A DNA stretch of 62,105 bases, counting the filler, from Asterionella formosa (Eukaryota): NCBI GenBank assembly GCA_002256025.1. It is 11 parts of 11 records of this genome, joined end to end, with 100 filler letters (N's around TTAATTAATTAA, not from the genome) between each part and the next. Parts side by side here need not be neighbours in the genome. Positions count along the whole stretch, not along the records: positions 45,272 to 50,822 come from NKIB01013020.1; positions 50,923 to 56,459 come from NKIB01013021.1; positions 56,560 to 62,105 come from NKIB01013022.1; 8 more parts are not named here. One strand, 5' to 3'. The notes below the pieces were generated by a model that worked only from the letters and a program-made list of their open reading frames with translations, did no database searches and was not told the DNA's origin. The position numbers and the translations under genes are program-made. Of the stretch, positions 49,067-60,646 are shown in pieces (the stretch's first letter is position 1; every line of letters begins with the position of its first letter).

Positions 49067-49843
49067 ATGAGATCGCTACGTAGCTGCTTCCAGCGACTCC
49101 AACTTAACCCGTGGAGTTCCCGCCTCTATTCCTCTACGTTCTTGGTGGATGCTCGGAACGCTCCAGCCAACTTTGATCCCACCTCGGCTGTTGTGTACGA
49201 AGACTTTCTTGCGGCAGCGGAAGGAGAGGCACTGATTCGGGATATCTCCAGTCGCATGCATCGGTACGTGCAGAAATTACGGCGCCTCGTTCGGCTGACG
49301 CTTGCGCTATGTGGAACCGCTGACCAAGTGCTGTTGCGCTCCTTCCTCAGGCGCAGATATGAGCAGGGACATTGGGACGCTGTCATTACTGATTACAAGG
49401 AAGTGGAACTCGGTGACGAATCGACGTTGTCAACGCTGTCGCAACAAACTTTGGAAAAATGCAGAGAAGAGTTGCGGAACCGGCATTTGAAACCATCGGC
49501 ACAGTTTCTTCCTTGTCATGCCATTGCTTTGCGCGGTCAACTCAAGGCCCACGTGGATTCCATTCGGTTTTCGGGGTCCATGGTAGCTGGGATTTCCTTG
49601 TTGTCCTCGAGTATCATGCGTCTTGTGCCAGCCAACAACAATGGCAACAAACATTGGATTGATTTGTGTCTCCCTCCACTTTCGTTGTACGTCTTGACAG
49701 GAATGAGTCGATATGACTATACTCATGAACTGCTTGAAGGGACAGCAACCTTTCAACACGCGAATACCGCCTCCGTCATTCATGTACAACGAGATCAGCG
49801 GTTAAGCATAATCTTTAGGGATATGAAAGGAGAATTAGAATAA
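49067..49843 (+). CDS. ALKBH7: AlkB homolog 7 (2OG-Fe(II) dioxygenase, probably mitochondrial); intron 49264-49350
   Basis: RRYEQGHWDAVI, HVDSIRFSG..VAGISLLS..IMRL, YDYTHE and RLSIIFR. An 87-nt GTACGT..CAG intron with a GCTGAC branch site. Confidence 0.9.
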   Translation: MRSLRSCFQRLQLNPWSSRLYSSTFLVDARNAPANFDPTSAVVYEDFLAAAEGEALIRDISSRMHRYVQKLRRLVRLTLALCGTADQVLLRSFLRRRYEQGHWDAVITDYKEVELGDESTLSTLSQQTLEKCREELRNRHLKPSAQFLPCHAIALRGQLKAHVDSIRFSGSMVAGISLLSSSIMRLVPANNNGNKHWIDLCLPPLSLYVLTGMSRYDYTHELLEGTATFQHANTASVIHVQRDQRLSIIFRDMKGELE

Positions 49844-50637
49844 GGTACGCAACCTCGAAGTTGATTCTATTTTTTTCCTTGGCTTATGATTAGTGCATTT
49901 ATTGGAATTACCGTCGGATTTTCAACTGACGACAATTTTGCGGCTTTTGAATGAAGCTTTTATTATTATATTGCATATGCACATTTATCTTCAAATATAT
50001 ATTTGCGTTTCTCACACAATTCCCTCTGTCGTTGCTCTGATAAACATTTAATTTAATAAAACATTTAGTATAGCCATTCCATTGAGATTTTTGAAATTTA
50101 TTATGTCGAAAAAGTGCGTGAGAGTTACCTCTTGCTCGCTCTACTTTTCACCAATCAATTTTCTCCAATAAACCATAACACGCATGCAGGCACCTCATTG
50201 GAAACAGTCAACACGAAATGAGCCAGGTATGTACCAGGGTGCCTTGGTCATAGTCCAATGAGTCTACGGTAGTTCAAAGAATCTTCGCGCCTTCCTCGCT
50301 TGGACAGCCACTATGCATGCATGTCATATACACCAGTACATACTCCTAATAGATGTACTTGGAGTACAAGGTACACGCTGTACCTGGTACCAGATTACTG
50401 GTAACACCAGTTACTCCATGGAAGGAGTAATATTCTACAGTACCGGTATGTATCTTATGCCGGTATCATATCGCTCCATCACACTCGGGATAGACTCGTG
50501 AGTCGTGATTCCTTGCCTACTCCGAAAATTCAATCGGCGCATTTGTGACAAGTGAAGATTCGACTTCGACAATTTTACTAAAATATAATATTTCATTGCT
50601 CACTATTAGACCTAGTAAGTGCAAGGTACCGCTTCCA

Positions 50638-50822
50638 ATGTCGATGCTGTCTCTTGCGATCCTGCTAGCTTGGGTTTCGTCAGTACTGTCCCTGCAATTG
50701 GAATCGGCATCAGCCGCTTGGACGACGCGGCGGTCCGCTCTGGTCAGAATCGTTTCGGCGCCTGCAGTACTGGTATTTCCGCGGTTGCCCCAGTCACAGC
50801 TGCACCTTCTGCAGGACCCCTC
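50638..50822 (+). CDS. 5' end of a secreted/plastid protein, possibly thylakoid-lumenal; partial
   Basis: Signal-like MSMLSLAILLAWVSSVLS, then TRRSAL and a hydrophobic stretch. Cut by the contig end. Confidence 0.5.
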
Positions 50823-50923
50823 NNNNNNNNNNNNNNNNNNNNNNNNNNNNNNNNNNNNNNNNNNNNTTAATTAATTAANNNNNNNNNNNNNNNNNNNNNN
50901 NNNNNNNNNNNNNNNNNNNNNNC

Positions 50924-51073
50924 TGCTGTCCTGGGTACTGTAAGACTGACATGACATCTCAGAATGGTGCGCGGAACCCTTCAGATGGGGCTAGGAATGC
51001 TGTTTTGCCAGCGACAATGGAGAATCCTCCTACGGGAGAGCTGTTTGCTGACTTCGAGGTCTCCTCTTGGTAG
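50924..51073 (+). CDS. 3' end of a carbonyl-reductase-like short-chain dehydrogenase; partial
   Basis: Translates CCPGYCKTDMTSQNGARNPSDGARNAVLPATMENPPTGELFADFEVSSW*. Not in the ORF track. Confidence 0.8.
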   Translation, partial: CCPGYCKTDMTSQNGARNPSDGARNAVLPATMENPPTGELFADFEVSSW

Positions 51074-51473
51074 GTTCGTCTCTATTTCATTTCTGGAACT
51101 GTCTTTTTGGAAGTTTGCTCCTAAGATAGTATAGTCCGGTATTTTTTGCTTCATACTTTCATGATAGGGGAAGTAAACAGGATTGAAATGTATTTCATGA
51201 GAGAAAGGCGCCTTGTAGTTCTAAATATGCTAGGCACAAATCTGCTTTCATAGCATCTTGATTTTAACGCAGATTTCTTGTATTGCTCCCAACTCCAACA
51301 TAAGGTCAAGTGCGCGTCTCAGGTTGATTTCTGCCGTTACTGGCTGATTATGTAGTTCAAGAAAATTGTATAGCACATTAAATCTAAACATAAAATCGCA
51401 CTTATGCCTCTGTGACACATGTTAGTGTTACTGGGTGATTATGGCTTAAGAACATCGCTCCACATCTTTCGTT

Positions 51474-51768
51474 GGCTATGGCTCCAAAGGGCATGCTGCA
51501 CATTGCCTTTGATTAGAAGTTGTGTGGTTATATTCCCGAATTCGTTTTGAGAAGCAATTGTTGGGTTCGCCACCCACACGACTCTTCACCGTCTCACACG
51601 GTCTTGCCTGGTGTGCAAGGAAAAGTGGGTTGCAGTGTGCCGCCTTCCTACATACTAGGCTGTCGGAGTTTCCCCCAACTCTGCGGCTATGTAATAGGAT
51701 CAGCTTTCGCGAAAGATGCTTGGGAATCATCTAAACTAGGGAAGCACAAGGTCTTGTCGGCAGGCAGG
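51474..51768 (+). mobile_element. tRNA-headed SINE-like element, family A, diverged copy
   Basis: Shares TTTTGAGAAGCAAT, CACGGTCTTGCCTGGTGTGCAAG, GTGCCGCCTTCC, CTGCGGCTA, AACTAGGGAAGCAC and GGTCTTGTC.GCAGGCAG with 641-955. Confidence 0.8.
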
Positions 51769-53992
51769 CTATGCTATGAAATTCCACGTGTAACTCCTAG
51801 GAGGCGCGTTAGCAAGTGCTGAGTTTCAATTTATTATTACTGGTGCCTAGTAGAAGTCTTACCAGGTACCCGGGTTGTAAGCAAGTGTCTGTCATAGCGC
51901 CAGTATATTCTTCAAGAAATCATTCTGACCTTGCATATCAATCACTTAAAGTTATCATCTGTCCGTTGGTCCTCCTCTTGTTTTTTCAACTCATTTCGTG
52001 GCTTGTGATTGTGGTGGTGATTTCATGAAAAAATCTCAAATGTACTGTCTCAGGTCGACACGCAAGGAGTTCCAGTCGATGTTCTCCATTTTGGTAAGAA
52101 AGGAGCATGCAAAATGACGTCATTCCATATTTTGTGCTGACCAAATCGTCTATATGGATCTTAAATTAATCTTTGAAAGGAAATATTTTCTCATACCGCC
52201 TGAATATTTTTAAAAGGTGATGTCAGCTGAATGCAGTGAATATTATTTTAGCTCGTCCACTCCATTTCTCAACCTTTGAGCTTAATTATGATGTCTGAAA
52301 TGCAATTAAAAATATGACAATTGTTGTTCAGTATTGAAGTCGCTGTAACATTGGTTGAATAATTATGTTCTTATCTAGCATTTTTTTCCAAAACATCATA
52401 AATTTACTCGATTTTACATTGATTCTCAGTTCAAAATCTTCAAAACATTGGCCATCAGTTTTTAGGTGATACTTGCTTAAACATTACCATGAAATCGGAC
52501 TAAAATAATCTGAGTCGTAGCATGTGGTAAATCAAGATGACTGTCAGATTTTAGGTTGTACCAGGGTACATGGTACTCCTGGCTGAGTATGACCGCAACT
52601 TGTGGTCATTCATCTGAAACTGAAATTTTGCACCGGCAGGTAGTAAAATTCGATTCCTCTGGTAATATTAAGTCAATAAATGGAATTTCTAATGGCTGGC
52701 TGGCTCATTAATTTCAATTTTATCAAAATCAATTTTAAAGAATGATTTTCTGAAAAAACCATTGGAGGTTGGTAAACAGAATGCATATTCAACTGTATGA
52801 TCGCTCAACTATGCACCGTTGCACGCACTAGCTCGCCAGCGTGTGTATTTTATTATTGGGTCACCAGGCATGAATATCCGCGATTTCAACATCGTTATTT
52901 CAGCTCATCTCCCATAACTTGCTGGTACCACCTAAGAATGACACTCAACCTTGCTTATGGGTCAGTTTTTACTTAGAGTCGTCATGAAACAGGGTAATCA
53001 CATGTTGTGGGCCAAATATTTAAGATAAGTTGATTCTCTTTCAGACAAAGCCATTTATTGGAATGTATGAAGGAGAAACGTTCATACTTGTAAGCTAGAC
53101 TTTCGTGCCCATTCTTGAGATGCTAATGCCGGAATGTTTTACCTTGTTGAGCTGGCTGGCAATATATTTTGATACTTGAGGGGATATTTCAGCTAATTTG
53201 ATTGTTTGTTGATTCTTTGTTTATTATTGGTGTCTTTTTTTCTACATTGATTGACATGTATTGATCATCGATGTCACACGGGGTGATCCAGTGCGCCGTC
53301 CATTCCAGTGTATAAATAATCACTTTTTACATAATGTTTGTGATGATACCAGAAAAAATGCGTTTTTTATTAGTTATTTAGACGTAAGTATACTAAACTC
53401 CTCGTCATCATTTGTTTAATTATTAGCATCTAAATAAAATATTAAAAACCAATTTAACATAAACTGAATGCAACTTGTCATTATGATATCCATAACATGA
53501 ATAGATCACATGTCATTTAATATCCATTCTTCGGTTGTTGCACTGACAAGGACCATACTACCACCGGACATTTAACGGTTCCAATAATCAAAATGAGCAT
53601 ACTGTCGTTTTTTCCTTCCCGTCATCGCCACTTTCGCAGTTGCACATTCTATGTTCAAAGGCAAGTTAACGTTGTTCTACTTTTGTGTCCTACTTAGTTT
53701 GTATGTCCAGAATAGATGGTTCGAAGAAAAACGGGTCCTCATGCATCTGCTTTTTCTCGAGATGGCCATAAGTGAAATCAAAAAATCCCAAAAACGTTTT
53801 TATGAGAGGTAGTTGCCGATTTTAAATTATCTGCATATATATGATACATGGATCTGTACCTAACAGCAAGGCACACATTAGGGCAATTAAACCGGAGAAA
53901 ATCGTAGGAGTTAAAATGGCCTGCGAGAAATTTTAAGATTTGACGCAATTTTTTTAGCCCAAATGGAGTACCAGGTACCATTAGTTGATAGA

Positions 53993-55620
53993 CATCTAAA
54001 AACTGCTTTGAACCTCTATCGAAATTATTTCACCGCTTTTAACCTCTATACGTTATGCATAGAATAACACGTTTTGTCATGAATTTCTGATACTTTACAA
54101 ATCTGAAACGATCCATCAGTAGCTGGTGAGCATGTAGCGCTTCTCTTTGTGTGAACGAGATACACTGCCTGAACATTCATTCACTTGATCGATTTATATA
54201 TATATATATATATATATATGTGATATATATGTGAAAGTGTAGTCAATCGACCTTTTTTGGACAAAGTAGGAGCTGTTTACTATGTCCTCGGAATATACAG
54301 GCATATGTTCACATACATAAATTAGGTAAACCTGATTATCATATATTTTTTAGATCTCATTTACATTAATTTAGCCCAGTAGTAATTATACCAAATGAAT
54401 TAATTGATGATGTGCCATCACAAAATGAAATAATATGTGCGCCAGACAAATAATATATATATTCCATTATGTTTCATCACAAACATAACGTCGATGCCAA
54501 CAACAAAGAGTAGGCACCAAAATATTCCATCTCCTTTTAGGCAGGTGATGAAACTCATACTCACAAAAATATTGTCCAAATTGAATGTTAACGGCATTTT
54601 GCCCTTGTTGTTGCTACGCTGAAGGTCCTCAATGAATTGATGGTGGCATTGCTCCCTTCCTACTTCTTGATGCACGTGGCTCATGTTTCGACTTGACTTT
54701 CTTGGAATATTTTAACAATCCTGCTAACCCATGGAGTGTATGAATTGGCGTGCCTAATGGTACCTCATATTGGCAAGTCAGAGATTCCAGCCAGCAGAAT
54801 GGAAGTTTCAAGATGAACATCGGTAAAGCAAAGAAACATTCACTTACAAAGAAGTTGCAGAAAGACCTCCCATAGTATTTAATTAAAAAGTATAATATCA
54901 TCAGCATTGTAAATTCGGCTTGGCGACTCTCCTTTGCCACAATAGCATCAAATTGTACTGCAATATGAGGCTGGGGACCCCTCAACTAAAATTGTTTGCC
55001 GGAGGCAGAAATACAGCTGACATCGTGTGGGGACAAATATCCAATTGGCAACACAAATATACTACTCCCTCATGATTTCAACCTTTCTACCGTACTTTCT
55101 GGAATGCTGACTTTTTTAATTGTTGAACACAGAAATCATGAGAGTGCAAGGAATGGAGTTAATGCGACAGAGCAGATACAAAACAAGCGAAAGGCAACAG
55201 CACAAACAGCCATCGACAATCACAAGAAGCTTTCCTCAGGTTTGATTTTTAAAAGCGGCACCTGCAGATTGAGTCCTGAAATGCTTGACAAGACGATTGA
55301 ATCAAAACAGATTACAGCAAACGTTCAAACTGCAGAGGAGATAGCTGTCCAGCAACGATATGACGCCCTTCTGAATCACGTGGATACTGTAAGAGCAAGC
55401 CGAAAGGAAAAAGAAGCCTTCAACAATTCTGAGTTGAGAACCATTGTGTTGTGGTAGAAACGTGATGGTGATGCAGCCATTCCGAAAAATGACTGGAGCT
55501 TCTTGAAAGGTACTACTATATTCCATTTTTTATGAGAGCAGAATTGCCCAGGCCCCCTTCCTTCCCTCTGACAGTGGTGATGCAGGTAGAAGGAATGGAA
55601 GGGGGTAAGGGCCAGAAAGC
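53993..55620 (+). mobile_element. Degenerate pogo-like DDE_1 element with a probable left TIR
   Basis: Starts CATCTAAAAACTGCTTTGAACC. PFLLLDARGSCFD..FLEY and IGVPNGTSYWQV.DSSQQNGSFKM at about 54650-54820. ORF 54996-55457 parallels 12200-12600. Confidence 0.7.
54194..54219. repeat. (TA)n microsatellite
   Basis: Direct observation. Confidence 0.9.
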
Positions 55621-56950
55621 GGTGTTCAATGATGAATTTTCATTGGAAGAATGATTTATATGTTTTTGAGTGATTTCATAATAATAATTATGAAACCTTG
55701 TAATCCATCTTCCCTGTAAAACATAAATTAATTCTATGGTATTACGATATTTTTATATACTGCTTTGAACCTCTATTATGGATAAATGCATCATTATAAA
55801 CAATCATATATTCTGTTGTTGATGGAATCTGGTTGAATCATTTGTCCAATCATAATCCCCCACCTCTCGTGAACATCTGGAGCATCTATGATGATTGAAA
55901 TGAATATTTCAGTGTTTAGTCGTACTAATCTATCGAATGTACCATTACTGGTACGTAGTGAAATTGAGGATCAAACCAACTTTTAGGTGGTACCGGGGTA
56001 CCAGATACGAGGTACGAGCTACCTAGTACTCCCAGAACCTGGTCGTGCTGGTACCAGGTACCGGTACAGTAGTCCATACGGTGTTGAGTTGTCATCTGTC
56101 CGCCAACCGTGACCAAACTACCCGTACCGATGTACCTGTACTTACTATCACCGTAGTGCTTGGGTGATGGTGATAACCACCAACACCAGAAAGCTACATT
56201 TTTAGCACGAAGCAAATATAATTACATTTCATTTTATCTTCATGCCGGTTTACAAGTACACCGGTATACCGGTATCATGACCCTGATCAAGGCAAGCGGA
56301 AGCATTTTAGTCAAACAATTATTATACGTGAAGAATTATAAATACAATTTCTTTTTTCCTGTCCCGCCCTATCCTAGCAGGTGAACATCACACTTGAAGT
56401 TGGTCTCGCTGGCCGTATCCCAAATCTGTAATCACACTTTCATCTGCGGCGCTGTTCATNNNNNNNNNNNNNNNNNNNNNNNNNNNNNNNNNNNNNNNNN
56501 NNNTTAATTAATTAANNNNNNNNNNNNNNNNNNNNNNNNNNNNNNNNNNNNNNNNNNNNCTCATTTTGCTTGAATAGACAATTTAATCCACGATAAAGAA
56601 AGCTATATCTTTAGTTGAGCAAATTACCGCAACTGCCTTGTTGGTACCATGGTCGTAATTTTTGAGTTGCTGTTGTACACCCCCATGGATTGGGCTGTAA
56701 TAATTTTATCTTACCGGCAACCGTATCGGTAGACACGATGATGCAATCTATTCTACAGGTCCCGTCTACCGGTACAGGGTTTGATACCAGTTGCGCCTTG
56801 TTACCAGTACCAGGTACCAGTTGCTGCATCGATCATACTCCTACGGTAACAGGTAGCTGGTACTGGTACCCTGGACCAGCTACTAGGAACTCGGAGTACC
56901 TGTGATCAATTAGAATCAGCAAAAACTTGAAAAATAACGACGCCACTTCA

Positions 56951-58191
56951 ATGCAACAACAGCATTGCAATAAAGAATGGCGAAAGAATGACTGGTCACA
57001 GTGGGCGACGACATACACTACTCTGACGACTCAGTGTGGCTTGTTTGGTCGTAATATGTTTCTATGCTGCGTTTATCATTGTCGTTGATTCTTTGTATAA
57101 TGAAGTCAGTCATTCAGAAAAGGGCAACTTCACCTCATCCCTTGCACTAGAGGCGATTACGGGGCCCAAAGGCCAAGTAGAGAACGCAATACCTCACCAT
57201 CAGCAAATCCAAAAATAGCAGTCATTTCCGAAAACAAAACTGCTACAAAAGCAAACACGAACCCCACTAAAAGTAGTCTATGTAAGCCAGATGACATCAA
57301 GTCTGGCAAGTGGGTGAGAGCCGAAAAGGACCAACCACCATACTTTCCTAGCGATGAGCGGAGAAAGACATCTCTCTGATACAACACTACGGGTCAGAAT
57401 TTGCCATTGATCAGCCCTTGGATCACCTATGTTCGGCTACCACATGCTGATTGTACGTTGTTGGCTTGGAGCAAGGAAACCTTCTGCAAACTAGCAAAAG
57501 GAAAGTCGATCGCCTTCTTTGGAGATTCGTTGAGCTTTGAGTCCTACTCATCCTTGGTTCAGCTCATGGGTTTGCCATCAACTAGTGGTAGTATGCATCG
57601 TGCAAATAGGAAAATCAAAGTCATCATTGAATCCACTTGCAATGTTATAATGCTGCGGTACCGTGATGATCATCTCGACAATATTCAAAACCAATGGGAA
57701 GAATACTCACCAGATATTCTGGTGTTGAACTGAGGAGCACATTACACAGATGACAGCTCCTTGATTCTTGATATTAAAGCAAATATCCAGCAACTCCAAG
57801 AGTATCAAGCAAACTGTACTTACGCCAATCGAACATGTAATGTATTCATTCGAACTACTGCACCTGGTCATTCAAACTGTCAGGATGACAACGAGCCTGT
57901 TAATTCGATTGAAGAAATGGAGATTTTGGTTATCAATCTAGTTAATTACAACTGGACACTAAAGGCAAAAACTTTCATGTGGTGGGAGTTCAAGCATCAG
58001 AATGAAATTGTTTTGGGCCTTTACAACTAATCAAATGTTACCCATACAATTATTGATGGGTACAACTTGCTCCTTTGAGATCCGATAAGCACAGACCCCC
58101 TGATTGCATACGTAGCTGCTTCCCTGGGAAGTTTGATATTCACGCTCAACTGATAATGCATTACCTTTTTGCGGCTGATTCAGTGCAATAG
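56951..58191 (+). pseudogene. PC-esterase/TBL-type (SGNH-like) acyl-esterase pseudogene
   Basis: TM segment, G.WV, IAFFGDSL, ILVLN*GAHY, FIRTTAPGH..C and DCIRSCFPG, with in-frame stops (57731, 58028) and frameshifts. Confidence 0.75.
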
Positions 58192-59401
58192 CTATGATCT
58201 AAAGATGTTGTCAGTGACGGATCACCGTGTCAAATTTTACTCAGGAAAACCATTTTTGTGGTTACTATGAAACTATTTCCTTGATGTCTAGAGAAACGAC
58301 ATGTTGTTTTGTTGAGACATGACACTGAATGCGGGCAGCCCACCTGAGCATCTGCAATTGACCACCATATCATGGGTGATTGGACAGTCATTGAAGAAGG
58401 AGAGGTCGAAATTGGACTGCTCAACATGCTCATGCCTTGACTGCGCTACTCCAGGCTCGATTAGCGCTTGATAGTGAAAGCACGCAGAAGTTGATTGTTG
58501 TTTTCCTGCTGGTCCATTTGACGAAGAAACCGAAGCTAGCATTCAATCAGAAATCAGAGATATCTTTAATGCGGCTGCTGAATTAAATGAACGCACACCT
58601 TGCTTTGCTTACATGTACGACGTCATTGTTAGCAACGACGATACCTGACAGGTAAAATCATGCTTTGACAGTGGGACAAACCACTCAATTTTTTTCTCAT
58701 TCCGTTTTCGAAGTTATTGATTGGAAATGGCAGTCAATCTTAAAGCACCAATCAAGCGAGACCTACATCTATCTCAAAATTCTCACCTAGAAAGTTCGAC
58801 TCAAAAGAAGTTTAACTCCGAACTTCCGAGAACGTCTGCGTCGAGCTGCATTTGCCGTTGGATCCACTGTGGAGACACTTGCTATCCATACGCTTGGATC
58901 GACCAAGAAAATACAGTCGGATAAATGTTGGCAAAACCGAATGATTCCTTGCGAGTTTTCCTAGATCCCACCAATGCATTGCTCAATCATATGGGTGCAA
59001 TCACAAGGGCGATAAATTCTGGGAAAGGTCCCATATTCTTGTGCCCTTGATTTATGCTTGGATTTGGTTGCCATGATTGTCCAAATGGATTTGGGAGCTT
59101 CAAGGGTTTTGCCCAGCATAACATGGGCGGAGGGGGTTCACCATTGATTTCACAATGACACAGATGATTCTCAGGTGATTTCTCAAATTGGCGGAATTCG
59201 ACCTCCTAGGCTTCGAGTTCAGCCAAAGATCCCAGTTGATTTGGAAGTATAGGAAGGAGCAAAGGCAGTAGATAGGCTAATCGAATATGTATGCTAAGCA
59301 ACAATGAATTGATCTTATTAAAAGACATCTTTTATTGTTTCTATTGCACATGCCGAACAAACTCAACAGCACCCACCCACAAATTTCGGCTGGATGGCAT
59401 G

Positions 59402-59929
59402 TTACATAGAAAGGCGAGATTGGCTAGAGTACCCCAGTGGCTCTCTATCCTTTCCATAAGAGCTCCTTGACGAGCGAATCACATCAACACTTTCATTGTG
59501 AATGATGGAATTTTCATCAATATCCTCCTCCAAGTTCCAAACATGATCCCCACCAATGACAGTATTGGTGTGTGTCTCGTCGCTGCATGTCAAGCCATCG
59601 TTTTCCTCGTCACTTGGCCACTTCATGAGTTCCACCGATCCCATGTACCAAGTCTTGGATGAATGTAAATTCAAAAGTTCCTTGTCAATGCTGACATCTG
59701 AATCTTCACCTTCGTTATTGTGGACTTGGACCACAGTAGGAAGATCAGCCCAGTGACAAGGATCATGTGGATAGTGAACCGGTGGCACTCTGGTCTGATG
59801 AACTCTGGATATAGTATTCGCCTTGCGTTGCTTCACTGGAGGCAAGCTCTGAGTGACAGTTTTGTCATTAGTTTGACAACGAAGCTCATCAGTGGCGAAT
59901 GGGCGATGGCGACGAAAAAGTTGAACCAT
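59402..59929 (-). CDS. Hypothetical protein (start uncertain)
   Basis: 175-aa ATG-initiated ORF with gene-like composition, divergent from LSM10. No recognisable domain. Confidence 0.45.
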   Translation of the reverse strand: MVQLFRRHRPFATDELRCQTNDKTVTQSLPPVKQRKANTISRVHQTRVPPVHYPHDPCHWADLPTVVQVHNNEGEDSDVSIDKELLNLHSSKTWYMGSVELMKWPSDEENDGLTCSDETHTNTVIGGDHVWNLEEDIDENSIIHNESVDVIRSSRSSYGKDREPLGYSSQSRLSM

Positions 59930-60259
59930 GGTGCTGGTTGAACAAGCTTTGGGAGTGAGAATGTGCGACTTTCATCCATTCGGATTTTGGACTTGCCGGG
60001 TTTGCTATGGATAGCTTCACCACCTCCGTACGAGAGACTCCGCTCTTCATCAGGTTAGAGTGAGACCAAAAGTGGTGCAAGAAAGTTGCCGCCCACTAAT
60101 AGACGAGAAACATGCAATGCCGATGAGAGATGGGATTGGTCCAAATGAGTGGCAAATTGTGAGGGACTTGTTCGGTACCACGAATTTGTTGATTGCGGCT
60201 GTATGACAATTTGGATGTTGTGCTACATGCTGATGGACGATGCCTCCACTCTTGTGAGA

Positions 60260-60646
60260 ATGGCGACAGTATCAACGGGTTTAAAGCTTTCGAAACCTTC
60301 CCATCGGACACTTGCTTCTCTACTCAAATACTTTCTTGGCGTAACATTGTCCGTGGAGCTGAAGAACGGCCGCCAATACCGCGGAGAATTGACGGAGGCC
60401 GACAAGTGCATGAATTTGACTTTGGAAGGAGCCCAAGACATTACGAGCACCACAACAAGTAGCAGCAGTCGCAGTTGCACTCAGGAAAGTTCAGGACTGT
60501 TTTTGGAACTGAGTATTCGCGGAAGCACAATCAGATACATTCAATTTCCGGACGACTGCGATATTCCGTTGGCAATCAAGCGTGGTCAAGATCGCGAGCG
60601 AAGCCTAACAAACAGATATCAACGCGGTGTACGCAAAACCAAATGA
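60260..60646 (+). CDS. LSM10: U7 snRNP Sm-like protein Lsm10
   Basis: RTLASLL lead-in, Sm1 VELKNG..YRG.L..AD..MNLTL and Sm2 IRGSTIRYIQFPD..DI. Lacks the RG-repeat tail of SmD1/D3. Confidence 0.75.
   Translation: MATVSTGLKLSKPSHRTLASLLKYFLGVTLSVELKNGRQYRGELTEADKCMNLTLEGAQDITSTTTSSSSRSCTQESSGLFLELSIRGSTIRYIQFPDDCDIPLAIKRGQDRERSLTNRYQRGVRKTK

Noticed and set aside
51455..51970. TSD for the third SINE A copy
   Set aside because: Only a weak CATCT..CGTTGG resemblance, which is insufficient.
5569..56559. Regularly spaced TTAATTAATTAA within N runs; apparent gene neighbourhoods and ORFs running across them
   Set aside because: Artificial concatenation linkers. Cross-linker synteny and X-containing ORFs have no biological meaning.
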